From: a virus
Taxonomy: Duplodnaviria; Caudoviricetes
Reading direction: 5' to 3' (one strand)
Virus record (IMG/VR): IMGVR_UViG_3300030037_000034
Coordinates: 1-35,979 of that record
DNA length: 35,979 nucleotides
Shown: positions 9,896 to 20,213 of the stretch, piece after piece
Layout: every line of letters begins with the position of its first letter
Position numbering within the stretch: position 1 is the first letter of the stretch
Notes under the pieces: generated by a model
What the model was told of the DNA's origin: nothing
Databases searched by the model: none
What the model saw: the letters and a program-made list of their open reading frames with translations, nothing else
Made by a program: the position numbers and the translations under genes

Positions 9896-10561
9896 CTAAA
9901 ACTCAGGAACGACAGCAACCACATCCAAGTAACTAACATTAACCGAAACCAAAGCCCCCACCGTCACTGCACAAGAAAAAACAACCTCAGGCATAGGCCA
10001 CAGCTCAGCACTGACATCCAACTCCCTAACATTTGTCACAGGAGCCCTAGCCACAGACAAACCAAAACCAACACTAACACCAAACATCAAGCTAAGCTCA
10101 ACCTGATCGCGCTCAGATTGAGCCTCCTCAATATAAGCCATCAGCTTAAAAACATTATCAACATCAACCGGCTTGTTACCTTGCTCCCAAGCAATCACCT
10201 CCAGACTATAAGGAACCCCTCTAGGGCTCTGCTTATGCCAAGGCACTATCTCACTCAAAAAACCAAGCGAATCTAGCGCCAGACTCAAACCAGCGCTAGT
10301 ACCACTTAGCCGCCTAACCTTCCAAGCGTTGCCTGCAAGCTTACGCTTTACCTCCTCACTATCAGATGCATCCCATATTGGCAATTGACGCTCAGAAGCC
10401 AAATAAGGCACAACACCCAATGATGTATTATCCGCATCAAGCAACGCAGGGTAAGGATTCTCTACCCCATAAACCCTATTACTTAACGACAATTCCAACG
10501 CCCGTTCTAAGGCGCTCCTATTATCAGGTAGAACACTAAAGGCTCTCAGTGATAACGGCAA
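9896..10561 (-). CDS. Tail protein I (P2 gpI-like); start uncertain
   Basis: LPDNRSALERAL, VPYLA, W...D....KR, GT.AGL..AL. No ATG; candidate starts are TTG10561 and GTG10591. Confidence 0.82.
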   Translation of the reverse strand: MPLSLRAFSVLPDNRSALERALELSLSNRVYGVENPYPALLDADNTSLGVVPYLASERQLPIWDASDSEEVKRKLAGNAWKVRRLSGTSAGLSLALDSLGFLSEIVPWHKQSPRGVPYSLEVIAWEQGNKPVDVDNVFKLMAYIEEAQSERDQVELSLMFGVSVGFGLSVARAPVTNVRELDVSAELWPMPEVVFSCAVTVGALVSVNVSYLDVVAVVPEF

Positions 10562-11537
10562 TTTTGACTGATCCAAGGAAAGGTGCCTCACTATAAATAC
10601 AGCGCAAAGGCTGCGCTGGTTGTATCAAATCGCCCCTGTGAGCCCCTGTCGTCTCAAGCAGCACCCTGTATAACATTGACGGTTCAATGCTCCCACCCAG
10701 AACGTGCTGAGCCGCAGCATAATTCTCTATAGCCTTTTCAGCCTCATCCTTTACAACATCCTCATCAGGTCCTGGCCTAATATATAACACAGCCTCACAA
10801 TTCCACCCCTTTGACACCGACGGCTTAACAGTAATCAAATCCGTTTCTTGAGCTATATCATCCCGCTCCAAATATTCCTGAGTTCCATCCACAAGCGATT
10901 GCACTGGAACACCATTCCCCAAATGCGACAGAATATAACAATCAACCTCACCTGGAGAAACCCGCCGCGCCTGAGCGTCCTTTGTTTCCCCTGCCAATTC
11001 ATGATCCTCAAACTCATAAGTGACAACTACTTTATTTTTTTGATAGCTATCAACCTTAACGGTCGGCCTACCCCCTAAAGTCATTGCATGAAAACGATAA
11101 CCCGAACGCGTGCCAGTCGATGCCAACGCATAGGCCGACAAATAATAACGCATCAATAATGAATCATTACTTTCCATCACCGGAGGAACAACAGGGTAAG
11201 CATTAGGATCACCTGGACTAACAACTTGACGCTCAACCGACAACTGACTTGCAATTAAATCAACCATTGCATCATCAGTTGCATACATACCAAACATTTG
11301 CTGAGCATCTGCATTCAATTGCCTAAGCCTACTTTGTAAAATTACAGCAAACGCCTCCACCAACTTTGTTAAAATCTCCGCTTCATTATCAAATGTTTCT
11401 CTAACAGCAGAAACATCATCAGGCGAATTCTCTTCAAGATACGACAAAACATCTGATTTTATATCTGATAATAAAACCTCAAAAACTGGTGTCGTAATAA
11501 TCTCTGACTTTGGCAAAGGATTTCTATGCGGGAACAT
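10536..11537 (-). CDS. Baseplate J-like protein
   Basis: 333 aa; ESNDSL..R, STGT..GY.FHA, SPGEV, TDLITV motifs. Confidence 0.88.
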   Translation of the reverse strand: MFPHRNPLPKSEIITTPVFEVLLSDIKSDVLSYLEENSPDDVSAVRETFDNEAEILTKLVEAFAVILQSRLRQLNADAQQMFGMYATDDAMVDLIASQLSVERQVVSPGDPNAYPVVPPVMESNDSLLMRYYLSAYALASTGTRSGYRFHAMTLGGRPTVKVDSYQKNKVVVTYEFEDHELAGETKDAQARRVSPGEVDCYILSHLGNGVPVQSLVDGTQEYLERDDIAQETDLITVKPSVSKGWNCEAVLYIRPGPDEDVVKDEAEKAIENYAAAQHVLGGSIEPSMLYRVLLETTGAHRGDLIQPAQPLRCIYSEAPFLGSVKIAVITESL

Positions 11538-11868
11538 CTAACACAACCTCGAATTTTATATTACGACCCAACCAAACACCCTCAAAATACAAACTCAGGC
11601 CATTGGCTCCACGCCTCGCTATACAGCTAGTTGGTAGAAAATCACCAATCCCATTCACTGGATTATAAAACGCCTCTATAGCCCTCGACTGCGTAACCAT
11701 CAACATACCATCAGACATGTTAGCAGAAAGGCTTTCACGTACTCTAGATCCAAACCCTGGACGTTTAGCACGAGAGGACAAAGGCGAAGTCATGACTTGG
11801 GTAATTCTAGAAACTAACTGCTTAAAACCATCAATCGTCCGACCCGTTAACCTATCAATTCCTTTCAT
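11524..11868 (-). CDS. Baseplate wedge protein (gpW/gp25-like)
   Basis: MKGIDRLTG, SPLSSR..RPGFGS. Confidence 0.85.
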   Translation of the reverse strand: MKGIDRLTGRTIDGFKQLVSRITQVMTSPLSSRAKRPGFGSRVRESLSANMSDGMLMVTQSRAIEAFYNPVNGIGDFLPTSCIARRGANGLSLYFEGVWLGRNIKFEVVLDVPA

Positions 11869-12068
11869 TATTCAACCTTATAAACACCATTACTTGATCC
11901 AGCCGCAACAGGAACCTCAGCATCCTCCTTAAGATTACTAATAATCCCCTCAGCCAACGCCAACCACCACTTATGCGAAGCTCCATTTTCTGCCAAAGGC
12001 TTAAACCCATAAGCAACCATTGCCGATTCAATTGCAACAGCCATCTTTTCCGCTTCCAACGCCATCAC
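11868..12068 (-). CDS. Small hypothetical protein
   Basis: 66 aa; overlaps both neighbours (translational coupling). Confidence 0.7.
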   Translation of the reverse strand: MMALEAEKMAVAIESAMVAYGFKPLAENGASHKWWLALAEGIISNLKEDAEVPVAAGSSNGVYKVE

Positions 12069-12682
12069 TTACCCGCTGTCACTTGAGTAGAACAATCACC
12101 ATGGGGCAAACCTGTAACCATGCACCTATGCGCACCCGTCACAACACCCACACCACCATTTACATGAACTTTAGAACCTTCAATCTTAACCAGATTCTGA
12201 GCCTTAACCGTTGCATTTTCCTTAACGTTAACCTCAGCATCACCCTCAACATCAATCTTTAGCAAATGCTCACCTGAATGATAGGAAACCCGTGTTCCAT
12301 CTGGGTAAACCCTTAATATTTCCTTAGGATCACTTGTTGGAAAAGGGTAAGCCTCACTATGAACACCTATAAGCGCCATCGTCTGACTACCACCATCACC
12401 CGAACCATAGTTAACCAAAACAACCTGCTCACCGACACTTGGACAACGATAATCTATCGTTTCACCTGCCGCAGACGAAAACCATCGAATAAATGGTGTT
12501 TCCAACTTACCGTGCGCTACCTTTATTTTTGTTCCTGAAGAATCCACTTCTTTAACGTAACCCAAGCGAATAATATTTTGCATCCTTCGCCGCAGATCCT
12601 CCGCCTCCGAACTTATATCCTCCAATCTATCCAACACCGGGGAAATCATTTCCCTAACCATAAGCTCAACAGCTTCACGCAT
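12065..12682 (-). CDS. Baseplate assembly protein V (tail spike)
   Basis: NIIRLG, PSVGEQV, YPDG..VSY; C-terminal HRC..TGLPH possible metal site. ATG12682 overlaps the upstream stop. Confidence 0.9.
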   Translation of the reverse strand: MREAVELMVREMISPVLDRLEDISSEAEDLRRRMQNIIRLGYVKEVDSSGTKIKVAHGKLETPFIRWFSSAAGETIDYRCPSVGEQVVLVNYGSGDGGSQTMALIGVHSEAYPFPTSDPKEILRVYPDGTRVSYHSGEHLLKIDVEGDAEVNVKENATVKAQNLVKIEGSKVHVNGGVGVVTGAHRCMVTGLPHGDCSTQVTAGK

Positions 12683-13208
12683 CAGACCCACCTATCAAGG
12701 AATATGAATCAATATTATCAGCATCACCAGGATCTATTGAAAAACTAATCCCCCCCCTCTCCTCTTCACTATCCAAACAGGATTCACCCAGATATATATT
12801 CTGCAACCAGCTAACCGCCCAGCCTTCAAATCCCCCTGACCCCTTTTGAAACAAGCTAGGCTCACTTCTTATATGTAGCGGCCTATCAATCTGAATGCTA
12901 TCTATTCCCCACCGATTAAAATCAACAATACGCTCAATATCTGCCGACAAATTCAAAGCTGCCAATCCTGGCCTTTTAATGGAATTTGGTACAATACAAT
13001 GAATACTCACATGGTAGCCGTGACAATACCTACCATCACCCCCGCGCACACCTGGCTTACCCATCTCAAACTCAATAAGCAATGTTGGCCCTTTTATACA
13101 AGGCTCACCAGACTCCTCATAACCCTCAACAATAAGATTACCGGAAACCATACCATCCATTGTACTAACTATCTGATCATAGAGTTGACTTGGCCTATTT
13201 ATTTCCAT
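12675..13208 (-). CDS. Putative tail completion/terminator protein
   Basis: 177 aa between the Z-like gene and V; NRWG and W.V.W.Q.IYLG pattern. Confidence 0.6.
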   Translation of the reverse strand: MEINRPSQLYDQIVSTMDGMVSGNLIVEGYEESGEPCIKGPTLLIEFEMGKPGVRGGDGRYCHGYHVSIHCIVPNSIKRPGLAALNLSADIERIVDFNRWGIDSIQIDRPLHIRSEPSLFQKGSGGFEGWAVSWLQNIYLGESCLDSEEERGGISFSIDPGDADNIDSYSLIGGSDA

Positions 13209-13726
13209 TATTTATTAAGCTCGAAATTAATCTCATGCTGCAATATATCAGCAAATTTTTTTGATACCCGACTTTCCCAGCGCTGCAAAGCATCCCTCAC
13301 AGGATCAGAAATATCCTCTGTTACCCTCTCAACCGGAAGACGTTCACGACCCTTGCGACGCCAAACCATTTCCGAACCGCCACCCGCCGAAGCCATAAAA
13401 GCACCACCATAACGACGACGACCCACCCTTACACCATCAGGCGTTTTTTTAACACTCCCCAAATGATGAACAGCAATTGGAAATATTCCAACCCACAATT
13501 TAACCTCTTTATCACCACCAGGATAAACTTTAAATCTTCGCTTAAGTGGCTGCTGTTTTATTTCCAATTCTTTACCAATCTCACGCAAAGAATGAACAGC
13601 AAGCCACTTAGCAACCTTCTTTAATGCACGACCTGAAACAATATCAAGACGACTCTCTAACCCAGATAAATACTTAGCCGCATTATCTACTTGATCACCC
13701 ACATCAATCTCGAACCCATACGCCAT
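13208..13726 (-). CDS. Lambda gpZ-like minor tail/neck protein
   Basis: Basic; GVRVGRRRYGGAF and VWRRKGRERLPV motifs. Confidence 0.72.
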   Translation of the reverse strand: MAYGFEIDVGDQVDNAAKYLSGLESRLDIVSGRALKKVAKWLAVHSLREIGKELEIKQQPLKRRFKVYPGGDKEVKLWVGIFPIAVHHLGSVKKTPDGVRVGRRRYGGAFMASAGGGSEMVWRRKGRERLPVERVTEDISDPVRDALQRWESRVSKKFADILQHEINFELNK

Positions 13727-14054
13727 CACCAACAACCTCAGGCACTAAATATATCAAATACTCAGTCACTGATAATTCCGTATGGGTCGATATAACCCAG
13801 GGATCGCCATCAATAACAACTGAGTACTCACTATAATTATTTGGAAGCGATACCTTTGGAATCCTAGCCGTTTTCCTATCAAACTTAACAGGCTTAGATG
13901 ACGACCTACCATTAGTCCTTGCAGCAGAATCATCTACGCACTTTTCAAATAACACAGTTATTTTTTTATCTGACAAGTCGACATGAGTCAACAACAACTC
14001 ACACCCAAAATCATCAGCACTATAAAAAACAGAAAAGTCATCTGCCCCAATCAC
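13704..14054 (-). CDS. Putative head-tail joining protein
   Basis: D...F...DDFG N-terminus and I.G..W.I; position matches a head-closure gene. Confidence 0.6.
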   Translation of the reverse strand: MIGADDFSVFYSADDFGCELLLTHVDLSDKKITVLFEKCVDDSAARTNGRSSSKPVKFDRKTARIPKVSLPNNYSEYSVVIDGDPWVISTHTELSVTEYLIYLVPEVVGDGVWVRD

Positions 14055-14056
14055 TA

Positions 14057-14317
14057 TTAATCCTCACCGTCCTCTTTTTCCTCATCATCCCCACCAAAAA
14101 ATTCATCAAGCTTATCCATCTCTGGCTTAAGCTTTACCAACTGATAGGTGACTTCAACATTAGATGAAACCCTTTCAGCCTGACTTGATGCTATTAAAGT
14201 TTTAGCTTTGGCCGCACTAATTTCAACAATGGTTTCCACTGTTTTTTTACCATTCTTACGTGTAGGAAAAACAGAATCACCATCAATCATTACACCCTTA
14301 ATAATCTTAACCTTCAC
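14057..14317 (-). CDS. Small hypothetical protein after the capsid gene
   Basis: GGAG then GTG14317 gives MKVKIIKGV...; acidic C-terminal tail. Confidence 0.65.
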   Translation of the reverse strand: MKVKIIKGVMIDGDSVFPTRKNGKKTVETIVEISAAKAKTLIASSQAERVSSNVEVTYQLVKLKPEMDKLDEFFGGDDEEKEDGED

Positions 14318-14340
14318 AACAAACACTCCAATAATGGCAA

Positions 14341-14365
14341 TAGCGAGCACAAAAATAACTCGCTA
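14341..14365. other. Hairpin downstream of the capsid gene
   Basis: TAGCGAG-11 nt-CTCGCTA; no clear U-tract, so possibly mRNA-stabilising. Confidence 0.4.
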
Positions 14366-14397
14366 CTGCAAACAATAAAAAATCAGTACTAGACTTT

Positions 14398-16245
14398 CTA
14401 TGCAGCTACTCGCTTACCATAAGAAAAAGCCGCCGGATGACGAACAGCAACATCCGCATCTTGAAAGACTCGTAATACTGCACCACCACTAGCCGCCTTA
14501 GTAGACTTATCAACCGTAAGATCTAGCGCCCCCCACATACCGACAAGAGCCTGACCAAAATCACCATGCAATATAGCATCAGCCTCCAATTGAGTTGACG
14601 TAACAGCAGGATGCCCATTGACCTCACCATCATCCCAAAGATATTTGGCAGTACCTACTGATTTCTCTGTTGTCTTAAGATCACCACGCAATGATGGACG
14701 CATCGCATATGCCATCCCTTCAACACTAGCATTAGCCTCAGCAACCTCAGTCTCAAAAGCAACAATCGTCTTCCAATCCCACCCCCCAGGAGGAACCGCA
14801 ATGGCGTTAACACCCGTATGATTCTTTATTCCTAGCGGCTGATTACTCAATCCCGTCCCTACAAAAACTGCTTTATCTATTCCTAACCCAATACCACGCA
14901 ATAAATCATTTCGAATCAAAACATCAATATCAGGTGTTGATTGCTGCATCAAACGACGAGTAACAGGAACAGCCCCCGAAATAGTTTTTGGTGACATCTT
15001 TATAACACCAAGGGTTATATTAGAATCCTGACCAGCCTCATCTTCATCAATCCAAAAGAAAGAAGATCCCGCAGTCATCTTTGGAATATCAACATCCCCA
15101 ACCAAACCCGTTGCAAAACGAACACCAACCGCAGCCGCTATCGAATTTGGTCTAAGCAACTCAATAAACTGATCACTCCATAACTCGGTTGCAACCAACT
15201 CACCACCCAACGTTGAGGCTGTAGACTGAGCCGCCCTTCCCATCTGAGAAAGCACCTCATAGTTAACATAGAAACCACGCGCATCCTTTCCCAGCTTATC
15301 AGCAAGAGCAACCGAAACCTCACGCTCTAAACCCGCCTTTTTCCAATTACCCGTAATACTAGATCTAACCGCATTAATCAAACTATAGGATCTAACCTCG
15401 CTATCGGTTAGCCCCAAATCCATATCCGTACCAGTGGTTTTTGCTGAACCCTCCCTAACATTATCTAGAACCAACTGCCTAAATTTATCAACACTTACAT
15501 TTTCAGACACCGCCTTACTTGCGTCATCATCTAAGCCGAACTGCCGACCCATTGCCACAATCTCACTACAGCGCGCTTTCTCATCAGCACGAACCAAAGA
15601 AGCATCAACAGGCTTATTTTCTAAACCCACAACACTCTCAGAACCTGAACGCTCCCCCTTCTTTTCAACAACAACTTCTTTAACTTCTTTAGGCATTTCT
15701 ATTCCCCGTAAATCAACATTAAATACAACAGCTTCCGAACCAACCTCAGAACGACCCACTCCAACCATCCTATCAGCAGGAACTGAAACGGAAGATATTT
15801 CAAAAGGCTCCCACTTGGTCACCCGATACCAATCAAGATCATTCTCATCACGCTTAACATGAACAATCTCTAACACCCTATAACCGACACTAATTTTTGT
15901 GCGGATACCATCCCGAATATCAACTAAAAGCTCTTCACCCCTAGCATTTTTTGACAAACGAACAACAGCCTTACCCTTAGTACCATCCAACCAAACCCTT
16001 TCAATCGCTCCCCTCTGATCACCTCTATCATGATCCATTAAAAACGCGCCGTTATCACTAAGCCCTGAAAGATCACATTCACCAACACCATGGCCCAATG
16101 TCTCCATTCCAAACCAACGCTCAACAGGCTCCTCACTTGAAAAGCTTAACTCAACAGTCCTATCACCATCATTAACAGATTCTCTAACTACATCAAACGA
16201 CCGAAATTGATTACCAATTTCAAGCTTCTTTCTCATCGCCGTCAT
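14398..16245 (-). CDS. Fused prohead protease and HK97-fold major capsid protein
   Basis: N-terminal FSSE.PV, LMDHD, ISVGY, WEPFEIS.VSVPAD (protease); C-terminal GGELV, IPK, P.GI, GDF (capsid). GGAGG 6 nt before ATG16245. Confidence 0.92.
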   Translation of the reverse strand: MTAMRKKLEIGNQFRSFDVVRESVNDGDRTVELSFSSEEPVERWFGMETLGHGVGECDLSGLSDNGAFLMDHDRGDQRGAIERVWLDGTKGKAVVRLSKNARGEELLVDIRDGIRTKISVGYRVLEIVHVKRDENDLDWYRVTKWEPFEISSVSVPADRMVGVGRSEVGSEAVVFNVDLRGIEMPKEVKEVVVEKKGERSGSESVVGLENKPVDASLVRADEKARCSEIVAMGRQFGLDDDASKAVSENVSVDKFRQLVLDNVREGSAKTTGTDMDLGLTDSEVRSYSLINAVRSSITGNWKKAGLEREVSVALADKLGKDARGFYVNYEVLSQMGRAAQSTASTLGGELVATELWSDQFIELLRPNSIAAAVGVRFATGLVGDVDIPKMTAGSSFFWIDEDEAGQDSNITLGVIKMSPKTISGAVPVTRRLMQQSTPDIDVLIRNDLLRGIGLGIDKAVFVGTGLSNQPLGIKNHTGVNAIAVPPGGWDWKTIVAFETEVAEANASVEGMAYAMRPSLRGDLKTTEKSVGTAKYLWDDGEVNGHPAVTSTQLEADAILHGDFGQALVGMWGALDLTVDKSTKAASGGAVLRVFQDADVAVRHPAAFSYGKRVAA

Positions 16246-17683
16246 CACCAACCTCCACACTAACTCCCACCAACTTAGACCTCAACAAACGAACCTCAGA
16301 CATCCGATTTTCAAAATCAAGAATCTCATCCATAACCGTTTCAGGATCATCCCCCCGGTCCCTAATAATCTGGTATTGAGATTTAGTTAAATTTTCTATT
16401 GCCTCAGTATTCGCCTTTTCATCCTTCAACGGATCAAACCAAGACCAGCGCCGCCCCTGAAACAAAGGATTATCTAATCTAGACAAATCCGAAAATCTAA
16501 GTTTTGGAATCGCACCCTTAAGAATACCCATCCTTAAAAATCGTGAAAAAACCTGATCACACAACTCCTCACGAGCCCAACGCTGTTTTTTCTTCCATGA
16601 ATCACGATCATCCAGAACAAACTGCCTTAACGTCCCAAAACTAACCCCCTCACCATCATTAGCCAACGAGTTATAGGAAACATCCAAACCCGACGCCGCA
16701 CCCCGCTTACCCTCTTTCATGTAAGCACTAAAGTTACTTCCAGATGTACTCCAATCTAAAGTCTTAATATCATAACCGTAAGGCGCAACAATACCGGACC
16801 CTGGCTCAAGCTCTTCAACAAAGTCAGCCTCTTCCTCATCCCCCTCAGGCACAACCTCAGAATCAGGAACATAGGCAAACATTTTAGAAGCTGCCCCCCG
16901 AGCACCAACCAACTCCGCCTCTCTATAACCATACATGTGATACATTTCTAACAAAGAAGCATGAGCCCAAGGAACCCCTCTCAACTGCCCCAATCTAAAA
17001 GGAACGAAGGACAACCAAATCTCCTCTACAGGGATACGCTCATACTTAACATTCCCATAGTAATAAACCCTATCACCTGGATGCTGAGTCCGCACATGAT
17101 AAGCAGCAACACGCCCCCAACCATTAACCTCAACCGACATCCTTATCCTATTGCCATCCTTTAGATCACGATTGTAATTAATATCTAAGTGCGAAGAATC
17201 CAGCAACTGAATCGCAAACCCATACTCATTATCAAAACCCTCAACAAACCTAATGAGCACCTCTCCATCCTCAGCCACCGTCCGAATAAATATAGTTTGT
17301 ACATCCTTCCAGCTATACCTACCCGTCACATCACAACAGCCTTTTTTTCCCCACCGTTTAAAATGATGCTCAATAATATCATTAGATATTTTGTCCCTTT
17401 CCTTATTACTCCCGCTAACCATTGCCTGATTTTGAAGAGTAAAACCCTCTGGACCAACAATATGTGTTTCACACATATTCAAATATTTAACTATATAACT
17501 ATCATCATTTCCTGCTTTCCTTGACTGCTTTTTTACAACCGCCAAATCTCGCTGCAATTGCTCATTAATCTCTATTGGATCAGAACCAACCCTAATACCA
17601 CCCCTATTCTTTTTTGCAATTGCAAATCTACAACTACCAGCGCTACCCTTCCGCGTTTTTTGCGAACCTTCCTCTTCACTCAT
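16220..17683 (-). CDS. Lambda-family portal protein
   Basis: 487 aa; DGE, GQLRGVPW, WSWFDPLKD motifs. Confidence 0.92.
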   Translation of the reverse strand: MSEEEGSQKTRKGSAGSCRFAIAKKNRGGIRVGSDPIEINEQLQRDLAVVKKQSRKAGNDDSYIVKYLNMCETHIVGPEGFTLQNQAMVSGSNKERDKISNDIIEHHFKRWGKKGCCDVTGRYSWKDVQTIFIRTVAEDGEVLIRFVEGFDNEYGFAIQLLDSSHLDINYNRDLKDGNRIRMSVEVNGWGRVAAYHVRTQHPGDRVYYYGNVKYERIPVEEIWLSFVPFRLGQLRGVPWAHASLLEMYHMYGYREAELVGARGAASKMFAYVPDSEVVPEGDEEEADFVEELEPGSGIVAPYGYDIKTLDWSTSGSNFSAYMKEGKRGAASGLDVSYNSLANDGEGVSFGTLRQFVLDDRDSWKKKQRWAREELCDQVFSRFLRMGILKGAIPKLRFSDLSRLDNPLFQGRRWSWFDPLKDEKANTEAIENLTKSQYQIIRDRGDDPETVMDEILDFENRMSEVRLLRSKLVGVSVEVGDDGDEKEA

Positions 17684-18207
17684 TCCGAAAACCTCGAGAC
17701 AACACGGCGGACATTAAAATTGCTATCCTTCCGCTCCTTTCTGACTTTTAGGACATAAATCCTTTTTAATCTCTCAAGCTCAAGAATTGGGATTCTATCC
17801 AAAGATCTATCATCAACCGTATAACGCTCACAATCTTTTGGTATCCTACCCTCCAAAACTTCCTTGATAGCAGCGAGCATCTTTTCAGCATGAGTTCTAG
17901 GATCATGGCCCGCCCCAACCTTCGAAAAATCAGGATCTACATACAACCTACCTGAGCTAACCAGATGCTTATCATCACCACTTTCCGCAAACAATCTCCA
18001 CTCATAATCCCCCACCACCCATGAAGATGTCACCGAAGGCAATTCAGAAACTGACACAACACCGCTCACTACCTCAGTAGCAGTAGCAATATCAATCGAA
18101 CCCGAACCGCGCAAAATATACGTAAATTGCCAACCAGACAAAGCCAAATCATGACTAAACGACCAACCAACAGATGTACCTGCAACTATTTTTTTTGGCT
18201 CATTCAT
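17680..18207 (-). CDS. Head completion-like protein (gpW-like C-terminus, extra N-terminal domain)
   Basis: Between terL and portal; L.AI...L...YTVDDRSL....EL..L pattern. Confidence 0.6.
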   Translation of the reverse strand: MNEPKKIVAGTSVGWSFSHDLALSGWQFTYILRGSGSIDIATATEVVSGVVSVSELPSVTSSWVVGDYEWRLFAESGDDKHLVSSGRLYVDPDFSKVGAGHDPRTHAEKMLAAIKEVLEGRIPKDCERYTVDDRSLDRIPILELERLKRIYVLKVRKERKDSNFNVRRVVSRFSE

Positions 18208-20213
18208 TATTTATAACGACTCACAAATCCACTCTTTCGACCTGACGCCCCACGCTTACGAGTTCGCCTATTAGTTTTTCGAGTTTTCTTTTTTATGGAA
18301 TCATCAGAAGAATCCACCTCATCAACAGACCCCGAAACTGAATCCTCACTTTCCACATCACTACCTACAATCACTTTCTTTCTATCAACCCGCAACATTC
18401 TGGCCCCCATATATTGCATGCCCTCACAATCCAAAAAGTGATTATCCTTATGTATCCTATTCCATTTACCCGCACCCGGATCAAACTCCTCTGCCACTAT
18501 CTGCCTACAATAGTCTTCAGATATATCCGATGGTAAAAGCCAATCGCCAATCTCCCCTGCCTTCCAATTGATACGATTATGAACCCATGACTTAGCCTGG
18601 CTCGCATCAAAATCCCACCTCTTGTCACCGTTCTTCCTAACCTTTCCCAGCTTACTAACTTCTAACCGAGTCATCTTAAAAGGCTTAGACATGCTAGAGA
18701 AACCCATCAACGCCCTAGCCATGGACTTATGCCTCCTAACCCAAGCTAAAACCTCGGGCTGTCTATACCCGCAATCGACAGCACACAACGACAAAGACAA
18801 ACCACCCCACTCACCCGACACCAAATCATCAAGCTGAGTCCAAACCTCGGTTTTATCCGTATCACCCCACAACTCACCAAACTCAATAAGCCGCGAACTC
18901 ATGCCAGCCATCCAGCCACGAACAACAAATACAAGGCGATTTTTTTGCACATCCACCGTACAAATAAGAACCTCAACCCCCTCTGGCACTTCCTTGCTCG
19001 CATACCTTGAGCGCAAGGAATAAACCTCCTCCCACTCAGGAGCCTCACCCGCAACAGCGTTAACCTCACCAAAACCTGTATTAAATACTGATAACAACGT
19101 TGACGGGTTGCCACTTCTATGAGCCTCTAATAATTTTCTAGCTAAAAAACCATAACTTTTCTTAGCCGAAAAACTACATAACCCACTAACCCAAATGCTA
19201 AAATGATTATTACCATCATCTGTATGTAAAAAAGAATGAAAAGGAACAACGTGATTAACACCACCCTGACTAATCAAAACACTATCATTATCATTTGGGA
19301 TAATTGACTGACCAGGCGCAACAGCAACGCCCCTAGAATTCATCTCCTTTCGAAAACTATCAGCAATTAAATCACCACAACAAGCACAGATTAACCTAGC
19401 ACCCTTAAGCGCCTCTACCGGCGTACACTCTTTATCTGTACCCTTTCCTGGCCAAGTCAATAAACTACTTCTGGGAATAAAATAATCACCACAATACGGA
19501 CAAGGCACGCTCCACTCATGCCGCGTCCCCTTTTCCCACTGAAGCCAAATGGGACTAGAAATTTTACCCTTATCTGACACCGACCAATGAATCATTCCTG
19601 TATCTGGGTGCTCAAATACAGAAGCCAAACCATGAACGGGGGTACTTGTTAACCCCAACTTAGAATCAGCAAAAGCATCCCCCCGAGCTTCTGCAATTTC
19701 ATCAAGAGTACCCTCACCCGTTGCATTCTCTGGTGGCCTATCCAACTCATCAACCAATGTTATCACTGCAGAATCAGACGCCAGTTCAGTAGATGAACCA
19801 GCCCACGCAAATCTCAGCGAAACACCCGCCACCATTTTTTTGTGCTTACTGCTTCTCTGATTGAACTTTTTCCATAAACTAGGAGATTCCCGAAACATAT
19901 CCAGAATCTTAGGTTCAACAACATTATTTATGTTTGATTCAGTCGGGCCAATATAAATAATCGGCGCAGGATCATCATCTAGCCGCCACCCAATAATATT
20001 TTGGAATGCCGCCGACTTACCCATTTGCGTTCCCATCACGCTAGTGATTTTATTGTACGCAGGGTCCGCAAAAGCCATACACACCGAAATCATATAAGGT
20101 GTAGAACGAGCATTAAAAGGGCCAGGTATAGGTGAACCTGGCGGCATAATTCTACTACTTGTCGCCCACTCCGCCGCATTCCTTATCGGCGGTGAGTCCA
20201 CCATTTCGGCCAT
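18207..20213 (-). CDS. terL: Terminase large subunit (lambda gpA family)
   Basis: GTQMGKS (Walker A), LVDELD (Walker B), STP, CPYC/CACC, TVDVQ nuclease motif. The frame is open to 20318; ATG20213 gives a smaller overlap with terS. Confidence 0.93.
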   Translation of the reverse strand: MAEMVDSPPIRNAAEWATSSRIMPPGSPIPGPFNARSTPYMISVCMAFADPAYNKITSVMGTQMGKSAAFQNIIGWRLDDDPAPIIYIGPTESNINNVVEPKILDMFRESPSLWKKFNQRSSKHKKMVAGVSLRFAWAGSSTELASDSAVITLVDELDRPPENATGEGTLDEIAEARGDAFADSKLGLTSTPVHGLASVFEHPDTGMIHWSVSDKGKISSPIWLQWEKGTRHEWSVPCPYCGDYFIPRSSLLTWPGKGTDKECTPVEALKGARLICACCGDLIADSFRKEMNSRGVAVAPGQSIIPNDNDSVLISQGGVNHVVPFHSFLHTDDGNNHFSIWVSGLCSFSAKKSYGFLARKLLEAHRSGNPSTLLSVFNTGFGEVNAVAGEAPEWEEVYSLRSRYASKEVPEGVEVLICTVDVQKNRLVFVVRGWMAGMSSRLIEFGELWGDTDKTEVWTQLDDLVSGEWGGLSLSLCAVDCGYRQPEVLAWVRRHKSMARALMGFSSMSKPFKMTRLEVSKLGKVRKNGDKRWDFDASQAKSWVHNRINWKAGEIGDWLLPSDISEDYCRQIVAEEFDPGAGKWNRIHKDNHFLDCEGMQYMGARMLRVDRKKVIVGSDVESEDSVSGSVDEVDSSDDSIKKKTRKTNRRTRKRGASGRKSGFVSRYK

